Shown here one piece after another: positions 22,316-34,985 of a DNA stretch of 41,014 nucleotides. The translations under genes and the position numbers were made by a program. The notes beneath the pieces are model-generated. The model saw only the letters and a list, made by a program, of their open reading frames with translations, was not told where the DNA came from and searched no databases. The DNA lies in NCBI RefSeq assembly GCF_001194135.2, contig NC_068993.1, forward strand, positions 5,189,917-5,230,930. The letters run 5' to 3'. Source of the DNA: Octopus bimaculoides. Taxonomy: Eukaryota. The stretch's first letter is position 1. Every line of letters starts with the position of its first letter.

Positions 22316-23617
22316 AGGAGACTGGAAAATAGTTTTGGTATTATATATGCACCATTACATGTGTTTCATTTGCTAATAGGAGTTACAAAGGAGATAGATA
22401 GATAGTTAGACAGACAGACAGACAGATAGATAGATAGTGTAGTTTGATTCGTTCTACTCAAGATAAGTATTGCCATCTGCAATTGCTTTCATTGTCACCA
22501 TCACCTTCACAATGAAACTGCTCCTTTTTGATATTTTGTGTTGGTGTTGGTTGGCTTTCATTCATTTCAGTCTTTTGTCATTTTGTTCCATGAAGCTTAG
22601 CATTCTCCGATGTCTTCTTCACCACTTCTTCCTATGTCTACTTTTGTCTATCTTTGTCACAAGATTGAGCCACTGTCGACTTACATTAGTAAGTAGGACA
22701 TCATTTAGTTATTAGCCATTTATTCCAGCAGATGACCAGAAATTACATTAATTATAAACTGCTTTAATATGACATTTTAAGTCAACTTGAATAACATTTG
22801 AACTGTGGTCTGTAAATCATTATATCATTCATCAATCAATGAGATTAATCAGGCACTTTGCCATGAAGGAATGTCTAACTGAGAAGTGATTAATAAATTC
22901 TTTAAATAAGTTATAAAGAACAGGATTTGTCTGTTTCCTAATAAACTATTATAATATGTTAATTTATATTTGGAAGTTATAATTGATATTCTGCTCACTT
23001 AAGATGAAGTGGCAGTTGACTTTCCTGGATAGTGGATAGTGACTTCAATAGCTACTTCAGAGCATGAGGAATCTGCCCGAGGCAAGCCACTATTCAACTG
23101 GTTCTCACTGACAGTAAATAGTGTAAGGCCCCTGACCAGGGTTATAGGTTTCTGTCTATGGGTAAAAATCTGCATCGCTTCACAAGAGAAAGATGTAAGA
23201 AGTAAATCTTGGAATTAATCTAGAGTGGAACCTCTAAAATAGTCTGGCTTTTTGATTTGGTACTACTTCACTACCACAAGCTCCGTGTGCCTTTAAACTA
23301 CACCAGCAAGGCCAACAGGAGAAGTCTCTTGTCTAGATAAACCAAATTTTTCATACACCCAGCCTAGGCTTGCATTCTGGAGCAATCGCTTAGTTACTGA
23401 CCAGTGGTGTACTGACCAGCAGTGTATCACTAGACTAACTGATGCCAAAGAAGAATTAACTTTCAATTTGAAACGTTGATGTTAAATTTAAAATTATATC
23501 AATCAAAGACATTTATTTCAGACCACTTTTTTTACTTTTGAAATAATCTCATCTACAGAGGTAAACAAACTTCAAAGAATCCTTTACCAAAGCCATTGCT
23601 TCCATGATTACACTCAC

Positions 23618-23663
23618 TTAGCATCTCATCTGTAATGATGATAGAATTTCCCATGGAGTCTAT
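23618..23663 (-). CDS. Candidate exon
   Basis: Acceptor atttctgttttag, donor gtgagt; phase 0 to 1; IDSMGNSIIITDEML. Not phase-linked to the 19328 exon. Confidence 0.25.
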
Positions 23664-24767
23664 CTAAAACAGAAATCTTGCCCCAGATTGATTGCAATAT
23701 GTTAGTCCTTTTATAATTGAGTTCAGATTATTATTTTTTTTTTTTTAAATAGAATAGTTTGTGATTTAACTGAATCAACAGACAATTGATTAAGTGTACC
23801 TTTGCATGCAATAGCAGAATAAATTGTTCCAGTTGAATAAATATTGTAACCAATATAAACTGAATTGAGATCTCCAGCATTCCAGCCTCATTTATCGCTA
23901 CTTCTATATAGAAATCAACTCTGACTTTCTAATCAGCTAATAAAGCTCTTTTATCACGAAATAATTTCAATTATAAATTATGTGCTTTCAAAAATGAAAA
24001 TTCGAGTCAAAGCAAGTCTCCAATAATTTCAATAAAAGCAAAAAAAAAAAGAATATCTAATGTAATAATCATAATTATAACAACAACGAGGATGGCTTTT
24101 AAGAAATAAAAGGTTATTCTGACCTTAATCACTCCAGATACACAAATCTCTATTTTATCTCTAATCCACATCTGACATCCCAGTTACACACTCTATATTC
24201 TAACATATTTCTAAAAGAGAATGTTAGGGATTTGCATGGAATAAACACTCCCTACTCTATGCATCTTTGTTGCTCAAACATTATCAACAGAAACATCATG
24301 TTTATCTGGATGAATGTTGTTCTTACCCATTTCTTTAAGTTGATCTGTTGTCTCATTCAGTTTTTTCCACTCCTTGTTTTTTGTTTGACAAAGACTTACT
24401 CAGTGACCAATCAACATGTTCTTTTCTTCTCTCTCCAACTTCTACCAAAACTACCCCAAAACTACTACAAACCTACTTCTGCTTCGGTTGATCTGATCTT
24501 ATCTCTACCAGTCATCAGATCCATTCACTTGACATCTTCCATTTACACCTCTTATGTCTCCCTCCCACTAATCACATACTGAACAGTGAGCTTTATCCTT
24601 CCTCTCCAAAGTGGAATCCCACAGAAATATTATCTCTTACCCATAATTTTGCTTTTCCCAATAGACCGCATGAGCTCAAGACTTAAACCATTAAACCTAT
24701 TAATTTCAAATTCTTTGGAAAATTACTATTTTTAAATCTCACAACGTTAGATATTCAGCAACAGTAC

Positions 24768-25030
24768 TTTGGAGCAAAGATTGTTTGCCAACATAACATG
24801 GCAGTCCTGGTTTAGGATGAACGTTGCTGTAATTTAGCCCCAGGAAATTGCAATACACAGATATTGTTTTGTGCTGAGTGGGGGTGCTAGATTCCCTTGT
24901 TCAAAAATATAAGGACACAGATTGTGTTGTATAGCCAGCTGGAGACAATGTCTCCTGGGGTTAAATTACAGCAACATTCGTCCTAAACCAGGACTACCAT
25001 GTTTTGTTGGCAAACAATCTTTATTTCAAA
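24768..25030. mobile_element. Foldback MITE with 78-bp inverted arms
   Basis: 24768-24845 vs 24953-25030, 70/78 identical; second copy at 12971. Confidence 0.9.
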
Positions 25031-26635
25031 TTCTTTGTTTAACTTTCTGATAAAGAAAAGCAAAGTTACTGTCTTAGTTTACAGTTACTGCTATTTTTAT
25101 GGTTGCAATTGTTGCTCTTGATATTGTTACTGCTTGTTGTTGTTCACATTTTATTTTCTGTTTCTTTTATTAACTAAACGAGGCTCATTTGTTTGTTGGG
25201 TGTTCCTGTAAACAAATTTTACACCTTGTTAATTTACTTTAAACTCTAACCTATTTAGGCCAGCCATTTCGCATTGTAACTGTTCGAACCAAACAGAAAA
25301 TGGACAACAAATAGTTATTGTCAAATAAAACAGTTTTTACACTATTTCGGCTTCCCCCTTCTGAGAATACTCAGCCATGACACCAAACTAGTTAAACAAG
25401 CAAAGGAAGGGGTGCTTTTGTTTTTGTTTTTATTTTTGTTTGTTTGTTTTTTTTTAGTATCTGTAGTAAAAGGTAGTAGCGCTTTACACTGATTGTGTCA
25501 GGTAATTGGAAGAAATTAGTGTTGAAATCACTAATAACAACTAAATATACACTTTGGGAATTCAAGAGCTGATTAGCCGTTCTATGACTCAATTGTATTT
25601 TCAATTTCAGACATTTGATTGATTCTTTCAAAAAAAATCAATAACAGGCAAAAATAAATAAAAAAGATATATATATATATATATATANNNNNNNNNNNNN
25701 NNNNNNNNNNNNNNNNNNNNNNNNNNNNNNNNNNNNNNNNNNNNNNNNNNNNNNNNNNNNNNNNNNNNNNNNNNNNNNNNNNNNNNNNNNNNNNNNNNNN
25801 NNNNNNNNNNNNNNNNNNNNNNNNNNNNNNNNNNNNNNNNNNNNNNNNNNNNNNNNNNNNNNNNNNNNNNNNNNNNNNNNNNNNNNNNNNNNNNNNNNNN
25901 NNNNNNNNNNNNNNNNNNNNNNNNNNNNNNNNNNNNNNNNNNNNNNNNNNNNNNNNNNNNNNNNNNNNNNNNNNNNNNNNNNNNNNNNNNNNNNNNNNNN
26001 NNNNNNNNNNNNNNNNNNNNNNNNNNNNNNNNNNNNNNNNNNNNNNNNNNNNNNNNNNNNNNNNNNNNNNNNNNNNNNNNNNNNNNNNNNNNNNNNNNNN
26101 NNNNNNNNNNNNNNNNNNNNNNNNNNNNNNNNNNNNNNNNNNNNNNNNNNNNNNNNNNNNNNNNNNNNNNNNNNNNNNNNNNNNNNATATATATATATAT
26201 ATATTTATATATATGCATACACACACATGCACACACACACACACACACACATATATACACACACACTAGTAACATACACAACCACACAAATTGAACGAAT
26301 ACAAATGGTAATATATAATAAAAGAATTTAACCCACTTGAATGACATGTGGTGTTAGTGTGTGTGTGTGTGCATGCGTATAAGGGTGGAGGATGGAGAGT
26401 GTTACATTTTTCCAAGACAAATGAAATACTAATTTGTAGCAGCCTTGAGTCACAATGCTGTCAAAACGGAATTAATTATAAATCGCAGCAGTAAACGTAG
26501 TCAATAATTATAGAATACTAATAGTCAGTGTTCGGTGAGTGCATGTGTATATGTTCATGCGTATGCATGTGTGTGTGTATGTGTGTCTATGTGAAGTTGG
26601 GTAACCTCCAGTGATTGTTGAAGTCAAACTAGAAG

Positions 26636-26639
26636 TAAA

Positions 26640-26697
<58 letters not shown>

Positions 26698-26700
26698 TGT
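26636..26700. repeat. (AGT)n array
   Basis: Directly visible. Confidence 0.95.
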
Positions 26701-26737
26701 AATGGTTATTGTTAAATTGCTCTCTTTTCTCTTTTAG

Positions 26738-26894
26738 CTGGTAGGCTTAATCAATTACTCTGCTTAACACTCGCCCTCCAGCTCCGCCTGTCTTCAGGTA
26801 CCGTTAACAGATTCAAGCTCTACTGCAGGTGTTTGGCCCAGGTTTCTGGCATTGAAGACGTCGTCTTCTCTTCCTACCAACAATCTTGAGGGCC
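26738..26894. other. GC/CpG-rich block: terminal exon or decayed LINE 3' end
   Basis: Strong acceptors on both strands; minus phase-1 frame PSRLLVGREDDVFNARNLGQTPAVELESVNGT*; another minus frame ends EDRRSWRASVKQSN*, similar to RTE C-termini. Confidence 0.35.
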
Positions 26895-27249
26895 CTAAGC
26901 AAAAATAAAATAAAGGTCCTTTTAAACATTAACCTTCATTCTCTGACCCCTTTGCAAGAGTGAGTGTTAAAAATTGTAGCATTCATTGCTTGGTTATAAA
27001 GAAATAAAAATGGTTTTAAAACACAAGGAAAACCAGGTCATGAATGACAGCAACTGCCAAAAGCTCTTTGACTGATTGTGAAATTCAGGTTACAAAATTA
27101 CAAAAGAACTACAAAAACAGAAAATAGTGATGGATGACAAAACTGAAATGTGTTGGACAAAATTATCTTTAAACTGACATAGAATTATTGATACTGATAT
27201 TAAATTTTAATAATGCAGTAAATGGGGAGAATCATTAAAAAGCAGGGAT

Positions 27250-27600
27250 AGGAGGCTTAGCAGCAATTCATCTGTCTTTACGTTCTGAGTTCAAATTCTA
27301 CCGAGGTTGACTTTGCCTTTCACCCTTTTGAGATCGATAAAAAATTAAGCACCAGTTGAGTACTAGTGTCCATCTAATCGTCTGGCCCCCTTCCCTTGTG
27401 CCTAGAGAAGAAAAGAATATTGCATGAATAAGGGCAGTTTATTGACAGCATTGTTAAAACATTGGACAAAATGAGGTATTTGGTTATATTTTTTTCTGTT
27501 CTGAGTTCAAATCCTGCCACAGTCAACTTTGTCTTTAAATTAATAAACTTTTTAAATTAATGAACCCTTCATGTACCTGAATGGATTTAATCGAGTAATT
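27250..27600 (+). mobile_element. Two tandem SINE S1 copies
   Basis: B-boxes gttctgagttcaaattctaccgagg and gttctgagttcaaatcctgccac; first copy has the tail cttgtgcctagagaagaaaagaat. Confidence 0.8.
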
Positions 27601-27792
27601 CTTTTCCTTCAAAATTTGTGGTTTTGAACTTGAATTAAAAACTTTTTTTCAATTGAAAAGGTAATCTTGAAATTATGGTTAAACAAATATTCGTTACAGT
27701 TAAGCTGAACAACAGCAGTGGCCCAGCATGATCACATTTCTCAAACTAAAGTTCAAGTAATTTCATAATTGACGTAATGTATTTTATAGGAT

Positions 27793-28020
27793 TTAACCCT
27801 TTAGCATTCGGATTACTCTGTCAAATGTAATATGTGTTTATTCACATTGTTTTGAATTAATAATGTGTTATCGTGTAGCTTTGAGATTTCAATGATGTGA
27901 TTGTTTATTTTTAGAATGACATAGTAGGGTAGGTATCAAAGGTCAGATCTGGCTAGTTTGAAAATAAAACAAGTAAAATATTTGAGCCAGATATCATTGG
28001 ATTAAAAGCTAAAGGGTCAA
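27793..28020 (+). mobile_element. piggyBac-like MITE, complete
   Basis: TTAA + CCCTTTAGC (27797-27805) ... GCTAAAGGG (28008-28016) + TCAA; TTAA target and CCCT termini are piggyBac hallmarks. Confidence 0.85.
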
Positions 28021-28179
28021 TATAGTTTTTAATCAATTGGAATGTTGACGAAGTGTAACCAACACAATGGTCATTGATCAAACAAATGATAAAAATAAGT
28101 GAAATTCAATAACAGGAAATGGAAATATGCAAATACCATTTTTGAAAATTCCAGTTAAGGATAATAGTGAAGGTATATA

Positions 28180-28385
28180 ACCTTGTGGTTAGAGTGTTGC
28201 TCGCATGATCAGAAGGTGTAGTTTCAATTCCCAGACGAGAAAGTGCATTGCATTCTTGAGTAAAACATTTCATTTCATGTTACTCGAATCCTTTCAGTTG
28301 TGAATAACTCTGTGACAGACTTCAGGAGAAATATTGTAATCTCAGGCCAATTATATGCTCTGTAAACCAGGTAACAAGCTCTCTG
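28180..28385 (+). mobile_element. SINE S3
   Basis: gtggttagagtgttg...tttcaattcccagac...ttcttgagtaaaacatttcat. Confidence 0.65.
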
Positions 28386-28551
28386 AGCCCACAGACTCAA
28401 GACAGGACTTACTATTTAAGGACATTGAACCAGGTTTTAGAATTAATTTCTAAGCTAATTAAGCTTTTTTGTACGAAAACATAGTATTAATACCGAAAAT
28501 GGGTTTCAAATGAGCCATTTTTCTGAGCTGTGACATATCCTTGGATAACTT

Positions 28552-28945
28552 CATCATCATCATCATCATTTAACACCCGTTGTCCATGCTGGCATGGGTT
28601 GGACGGTTTGACTGGGCTGGCATGCTGAAAGGCTGCACCAGACCCAGACTCCACTCCGATAGGGCATGGTTTTCTAAGGCTGGATGTCCTTCCTAAACAA
28701 CAACTTCTCTGAGAGTGTAATGGGTGCTTTTACATGCCACCAGCATGACACTGGAGTGCATTTATGTTCCACAGCACGGGTGCCAATTTGTGTGACACTG
28801 GTATCTGCCACAACCGTGATTTTGCTTGGCTTGATAGATCTTCTTCCCAAGCACGACATAATGCCAAAGTCTTGGCCATTGCCTCCATGAGGCCCAACAC
28901 TCAAAAGGAACTCAACCACTTTGCCTCTGTGAGGCCCAGAATTGT
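28552..28945 (-). mobile_element. 5'-truncated RTE-type LINE: decayed ORF2 C-terminus, 3'UTR and (GAT)n tail
   Basis: Minus strand reads VLGLMEAMA / frameshift / WHYVVLGKKIYQAK, homologous to the C-terminus at 31434-31484. Confidence 0.75.
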
Positions 28946-29569
28946 TCACCTGAATAACAAATCCTAAATATATTGATTTTTCTTCATCAGGCCATGACAC
29001 CAGTTCCCCTTTTTTTTTTTTAGAGTAATCTACAGAAATTGGCTTAGAATCAATTAATTCAATGCCAACATAAATCTAATTTTTATGTTATTGACACTGG
29101 AAGCATTACAGAGTGATGGTTTAATTTACTGCAATAAAATTATAGTATTTAAGTCATGCAAAACACTCATTATTGATCTCGTCATTATTTACCAATTTTA
29201 AATTCTTTAAATTTACTTTTTCCAGAGAATAGATTTTTAGGATTTGAACCATTTACCTCATTCTAATTTTTCTTGATTGACATCAGAAATCCATTTTTTT
29301 CTAATTTAAAATTTGCTAATTGACAGATAATTTTTACTTGTCATTCAATACTAAGATGTCGAATCTAATAATCATATTTCAAAAGCTAGATTAATCATCA
29401 ATCACATTACAATTGTCAGTTATATTATTTATCAGTCCATTGAGTGTAAATATATTGGTCATCCATTGTTATCATTATTCCTGATGAACCACTAGATGAC
29501 CAAACTGATGGTGGTTGGGGTATGACCGATGGCTAATCCAGCATTTAAAAAAAATTATATGTATATATG

Positions 29570-29611
29570 TGTGTGTGTGTATCTATCTATCTATATCTAT
29601 TTATCTATCTA

Positions 29612-29655
<44 letters not shown>

Positions 29656-29656
29656 C

Positions 29657-29690
<34 letters not shown>

Positions 29691-29714
29691 CTCTCTCTCT
29701 CTCTCTATATATAT
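29570..29714. repeat. (GT)/(TATC)n/(CT)n compound array
   Basis: Directly visible; abuts an N-gap. Confidence 0.95.
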
Positions 29715-30762
29715 NNNNNNNNNNNNNNNNNNNNNNNNNNNNNNNNNNNNNNNNNNNNNNNNNNNNNNNNNNNNNNNNNNNNNNNNNNNNNNNNNNNNNN
29801 NNNNNNNNNNNNNNNNNNNNNNNNNNNNNNNNNNNNNNNNNNNNNNNNNNNNNNNNNNATACAAGAGGTGCAGAAAAGTTTCATTTTTAGAATGTGCCAA
29901 TGTCCCTTGGCTGCTGGGGTTATTGTAAGACAATTGTTGTGTTCATGATGGCTAGAGTCATCCATAACCATCCACTTATCTCCATCCAAAAAGCATGTTA
30001 ACTTTGAAAATTCCTTCATTCTTGAATTTATATCACCTTCTTATATGGAACTGGTATTGATTTGCAGTGACACATCTTGCAGTGGGAATGATTTTAACAA
30101 ATAAGGACACTATGTTGTATGGTATTTGATATATCTATATTTGCATGCCTGTGTGTGCACCTGTCTCTGTCTGTCTGTCTCTCTCTCTCTCTCTTTCTCT
30201 CTCACTATATATATGGTATACATACATGTGTATATATGTGTGCATGACTGTGTAAGCCAGCTGCTATATTGGAAAGTTTGTATCTCTAAATGATGCACAT
30301 AGTGGAATTAGATTTCACAACACCAAGATAATGAATGATGTGAGAAACATATACAGTGGTCTTGCTTGCTTACTATGATCAATTTACACCTCCAGAATCA
30401 AACCAATTTTTAGCAAAATGGTATATTTATGAACCGCCAAAGCATTGAGGATAATATTTGAATGTGTCACTCTTCATATATTCAACCAAAATTCTTCAGA
30501 ACCTGTTAGTTTACGACTTGCAAAGATAAGATTTCAGCTTGTGTATACTGAAGAAATATCGAAATAAAATGCATAAAACAGGACACAAGAATTATTTTCT
30601 CCCATCAGCCATAGCTTCAGGGAATTCATTTCAATCTGAAGTCTTGGAAATGGACATCAGAAAATGGTGAGGAAGGTTAACAATAATGTCAAGCCAATAG
30701 TAATCTATGTAGCTATGTATCATTCCCTCACACACACACATACGCCTATATATACATAAACA

Positions 30763-30814
<52 letters not shown>

Positions 30815-31229
30815 NNNNNNNNNNNNNNNNNNNNNNNNNNNNNNNNNNNNNNNNNNNNNNNNNNNNNNNNNNNNNNNNNNNNNNNNNNNNNNNNNNNNNN
30901 NNNNNNNNNNNNNNNNNNNNNNNNNNNNNNNNNNNNNNNNNNNNNNNNNNNNNNNNNNNNNNNNNNNNNNNNNNNNNNNNNNNNNNNNNNNNNNNNNNNN
31001 NNNNNNNNNNNNNNNNNNNNNNNNNNNNNNNNNNNNNNNNNNNNNNNNNNNNNNNNNNNNNNNNNNNNNNNNNNNNNNNNNNNNNNNNNNNNNNNNNNNN
31101 NNNNNNNNNNNNNNNNNNNNNNNNNNNNNNNNNNNNNNNNNNNNNNNNNNNNNNNNNNNNNNNNNNNNNNNNNNNNNNNNNNNNNNNNNNNNNNNNNNNN
31201 NNNNNNNNNNNNNNNNNNNNNNNNNNNNN

Positions 31230-31485
31230 CGTGTCACCCGCACGAAAACGGCCACGCTCGAAATGGTGTCTTTTATGTGCCACCCGCACAAGCCAGTCCA
31301 GGGGCACTGGCAACGATCTCGCTCGAAAATCCTACAGGAGCCAGTCAGGCGGTACTGGCAACGGCCACGCTCAAAATGGTGCATCTCATGTGCCACCCGC
31401 ACAAGAACCAGTCCAGGGGCACTGGCAACGATCTTACTTGGCTTGCCGGGTCTTCTCACGCACAGCCCATTTCCAAAGGTCTCGG
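31230..31485 (-). mobile_element. Young RTE-type LINE end with internally repeated 3'UTR
   Basis: Minus strand RDLWKWAVREKTRQAK* (31484-31434); about 72-bp direct repeat with period 112 bp (31249-31320, 31361-31434); CpGs intact. Confidence 0.8.
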
Positions 31486-31620
31486 AAAAAACCCATCTGC
31501 AAAACAGCTAGTAGTTAGTCCAAGAAGGTGTGCTACATACTTGCATAAGCTTGGGTATTGTGGACAAGCAGCTATAAGAAAACCTTTCTTTCAACCAATT
31601 AATATCAAATAAAAGATTTT
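31486..31620 (+). pseudogene. Tc1/mariner transposase fragment (second HTH / linker region)
   Basis: KNPSAKQLVVSPRRCATYLHKLGYCGQAAIRKPFFQPINIK* resembles Tc1 TVRRxLHxxGxxGRxxxKKPLL. Confidence 0.7.
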
Positions 31621-33369
31621 GAAAATTAAAGGTGTCTATTTACTTCCTGCATGTCTGTGTATAATTTGAACTTGCTATACACTTGTAATTTTATGTGAAA
31701 CTGAATTCTGCTTTCTGCTTCTTTTAACAGAGGATTATAGAATGTTCAGTTGAAATTAAAACTGATTATTTTTTGTTGACTCTGATATGAGAGGGTTCAG
31801 ACACAATATCATAAACTAGCAAACCACTTGTTCTTGTTAGTTGCTACACCATGGAAATCTTTCCTTGTTATTAACTGTCTATGTTTGAAGAATATTTTGT
31901 ATATAGCTTTAAGATAGCAACTACAAGCTAAATTTATTTGCATTATACATTCATGCATGCATTTGTAAATTTGCAGACATATATATTTTGTCGTAGTTGG
32001 GTAAGCAAAGCACGTGGTTTCTTTGGTACTTGTAAATGTATGCACAAGAAGATCCACAAAGCAAAACATAATAATAATAATGATGATGATGATAATAGCA
32101 ATAATAAAAATAATAATAATGATAATAATAAGGTAGGACAAATCTAGGCAAAAACTCTCAGACAGATGGACAAATAAATTGATAGACAGACAAGGAATGA
32201 AATTAAATTACCCATCCATAGACCATTTCTAATATCATTCGTATGTCGTATTGATATGTAACTTTCAAGCTATAGACAGCTTATATAATTACTTCTCATG
32301 GTACAATAAGCACAGCACATTTGCAGCTTTATTTTATCTTCTCCTTTCAGGAACTTCGCCATTTTCTTGCTATATTTTATTTATGTGTTTATATTTCTTC
32401 TTTGGTTTTTTTTTTGTTATTTTTGTTCAGGTAAGGGGTGGGAGTTGAGGTTATTTATTTTTAATCTTTTCATTGCAAGTCAGCTTTTTGAAATAGATAC
32501 CTTGACAAAGATATCATTTCTTTTGTTTTAAGTTAAGAATAACTTTTTCCATATTGTTTAAAATTCAGAATATTCTAGTCTCCGAATTTTTGAATAAATA
32601 TCTTTAATTAAAGTTAATATAAACACATAATAGAAGCAATTTTTAGATACATTCTCTGAAAATATGCTTCTTGAAATTCCCAGCATTTTCATTTATGTTA
32701 TTGTGTGTTATAGATTTTTTTCATTTATTTATTTATTTATCTTTTGTTCTCATTCTCATTTTTATTTTCCATTTCCTTCTGCACTTCACAAAACTCAGAA
32801 AATTCCACAAGACAAGAAATTACTCTTCAACTATAATTTATTCCCTTTTTTTTCTTTTCAAAAATAAAAGCTATATTCTCATTAAGGGATCTCTTAAGCT
32901 TCCTTCACTTTTAATTATATTTCTTTTATTTAAATTTAATTATTTTGAAAAAAAATTTAATTAATAGCATTTTAATAAATATCTTCTGTTGAAACGCAAT
33001 TGGTAGAAAGAATTCCTACGCTCTTTGTGTTCCTTCAATGTGGTCCGTACTATGTTATTACATCGTCATTTTAGATGACAGGGAGGTGAAAGAGAAAAGA
33101 CTTCAACGATATAACGATGTGAGGGCTTCCATGATAAATGCTGTGAAATTAGCGTTTGCCCCCTCTTGTTACATTTTTACGCAACAAGTTCCCTTATTCA
33201 AATTTTAACCTCCAGCACAAGAAAACGGACTCTTTGTGCACTGTTTGATCTCTGCCTTTTGTTGTTGTTGGTGTTGTTGTTGTTGTTCAGCTCTGTTATT
33301 ACCACTCAAACATTAATCACTGTTACCATCGGCTCCAATACCACCATTAATCACCTTCCTTGTCTGAAT

Positions 33370-33752
33370 CATCGTCGCCGTCATCGTCATCGTCATCGTC
33401 ATCATCGTTGTCCTTATAGTTATCGTCATCATTAACATCAGCAATACTGGAAATGCCACAATCACTATCATCATCATCGTCATCATGTTGTTGCTGCTAC
33501 TGTCATCATTACCATCATCATCATCATAACCACCGTCATCACCACCATCATCCTCATCATCAAATCCCCATAAACTTCCTCCTCATTATCAACACCACTA
33601 CCATCACTATTACCACCATGACCACCACCACTATCATCATCAGCAGCAGCAGTAGCAGCAGAAGCAACATCATCATTATCATGGTCATCATCACCACCAT
33701 TACACCCACCATTACCATCATCATCTTCATCACCATCATTGCCGTCATCATC

Positions 33753-33784
<32 letters not shown>

Positions 33785-33810
33785 CATCATCACCAATCTC
33801 ACCAATTCCC
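33370..33810. repeat. Long degenerate (CAT/CAC/CGT/CAG)n array
   Basis: Directly visible; source of poly-H/S/I/M ORFs. Confidence 0.9.
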
Positions 33811-34144
33811 TACCTTTCCACTTCTAGTTTATCTTTTTCCTCTTCACTTCTTTTCTTCTTTTTTCTTTTCTAACTCTCCATGTTTATTTTATCTTATATT
33901 TATTTATTCTTTTTTTTTCTTTTTTTTTTTCCAATCATTATTTCCAATTAAATCTCTGTACTAATTCAATGCTTCCTTCTCCACCTCATCCCTACTTAAT
34001 TACATAAGTACAAGTTGCTTGAGAATTTAATCTCAATATTTCTTCCCATCTGCTGCTACTGCTGCCACTGCTGCTGCCATCGTCTGCTCATCCTTGTTTT
34101 AACTCAGTTGGTATATCATTTCATTCTAAATTTAGACTTGAAGA

Positions 34145-34148
34145 ATTG

Positions 34149-34181
<33 letters not shown>

Positions 34182-34470
34182 CCATCATCATTGTCGTCTT
34201 CATCATCGTCATCATCATCGTTGTCATTGTCGTCATTGTCACCATCATCACCATCATCATCATCGTCATCATTGTCGTCATCATCATTGTTTAACGTCTA
34301 TTTTCCATGCTGGCATGGGTTAGAGGATTTGATCAGAAATAGCAAGCAGGAGAGCTGCATCAGGCTCCATTTGGCACAGTTTCTATGACTGGATGCCAAT
34401 TCCTAATGCCAACCAATTTGCAGAGTGTACTGGGTGTTTTTCAGATGGTACCAGCTCAGGTGCCTTTAAA
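34145..34470 (-). mobile_element. RTE 3' tail with expanded (CAT/CGT)n array
   Basis: (CAT)n-gtttaacgtctattttccatgctggcatgggtt...ctggatgcc. Confidence 0.8.
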
Positions 34471-34544
34471 ATGGTACAAAAAGGAAAAAAAATTAACCAT
34501 TTCCATTCATCATCATCATCATCATCTTCATCTTCCTCCACCTC

Positions 34545-34760
34545 CTCATCATCATCATCGTTTTCACATCCACTTTTCCATACCCACATGGGTCAGATGG
34601 AATTTGGTGAGACAGATTTTCTACATTTAGATGTTTCTCCTGATACCTGCCCTCACCTGTTTCCAAACAATTTAATATTTCCCCATTGCAAAACATGTTT
34701 TTCAAAAAAGACCAGAAACAAACATCATTTGCATGAGCTTCAGCTTATCCCAGTTTTAAT
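34545..34760 (-). mobile_element. Second RTE-tail-like family copy
   Basis: Matches 21055 (opposite strand) and 35985. Confidence 0.65.
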
Positions 34761-34779
34761 GGGGGGTATAAGTAACTAA

Positions 34780-34985
34780 GACTATAACACTCCCCACCTG
34801 GATGGTACGCCAGTCCATCACAAGGTTAACTTCCCATCTATTGTCGGAACTCATTTACATCTGAATGGACTGGTGCAACCTGAAATGGAGTGTTTTGCTC
34901 AAGAACACAGTGCACTGCCTAATCTGGGAATTGAAACCATGATGTTGCACAAGCAAGTGCAACTCCTTAAACCACCAGACCATGT
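34780..34985 (-). mobile_element. SINE S3
   Basis: Reverse of ggtttcaattcccagatt...gtgttcttgagcaaaacactccatttc. Confidence 0.75.

Noticed and set aside
25458-25501. Plus exon-like segment with poly-T acceptor and CAG|gtaatt donor
   Set aside because: All frames closed and no linked exon; could be UTR or lncRNA but untestable here.
28674-29000. 108-aa minus ORF and two plus ORFs
   Set aside because: Out-of-frame or antisense readings of a decayed RTE end.
30250-30715. Several 35-45-codon plus frames with scattered stops
   Set aside because: No consistent frame or motif; a link to the Tc1 fragment could not be shown.
31231-31612. GC-rich repeats and ORFs of 82-111 aa; CRISPR-like or repeat-protein appearance
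   Set aside because: Only two repeat units, explained by an RTE 3'UTR; the long plus ORF is a chance fusion of antisense RTE and Tc1 sequence.
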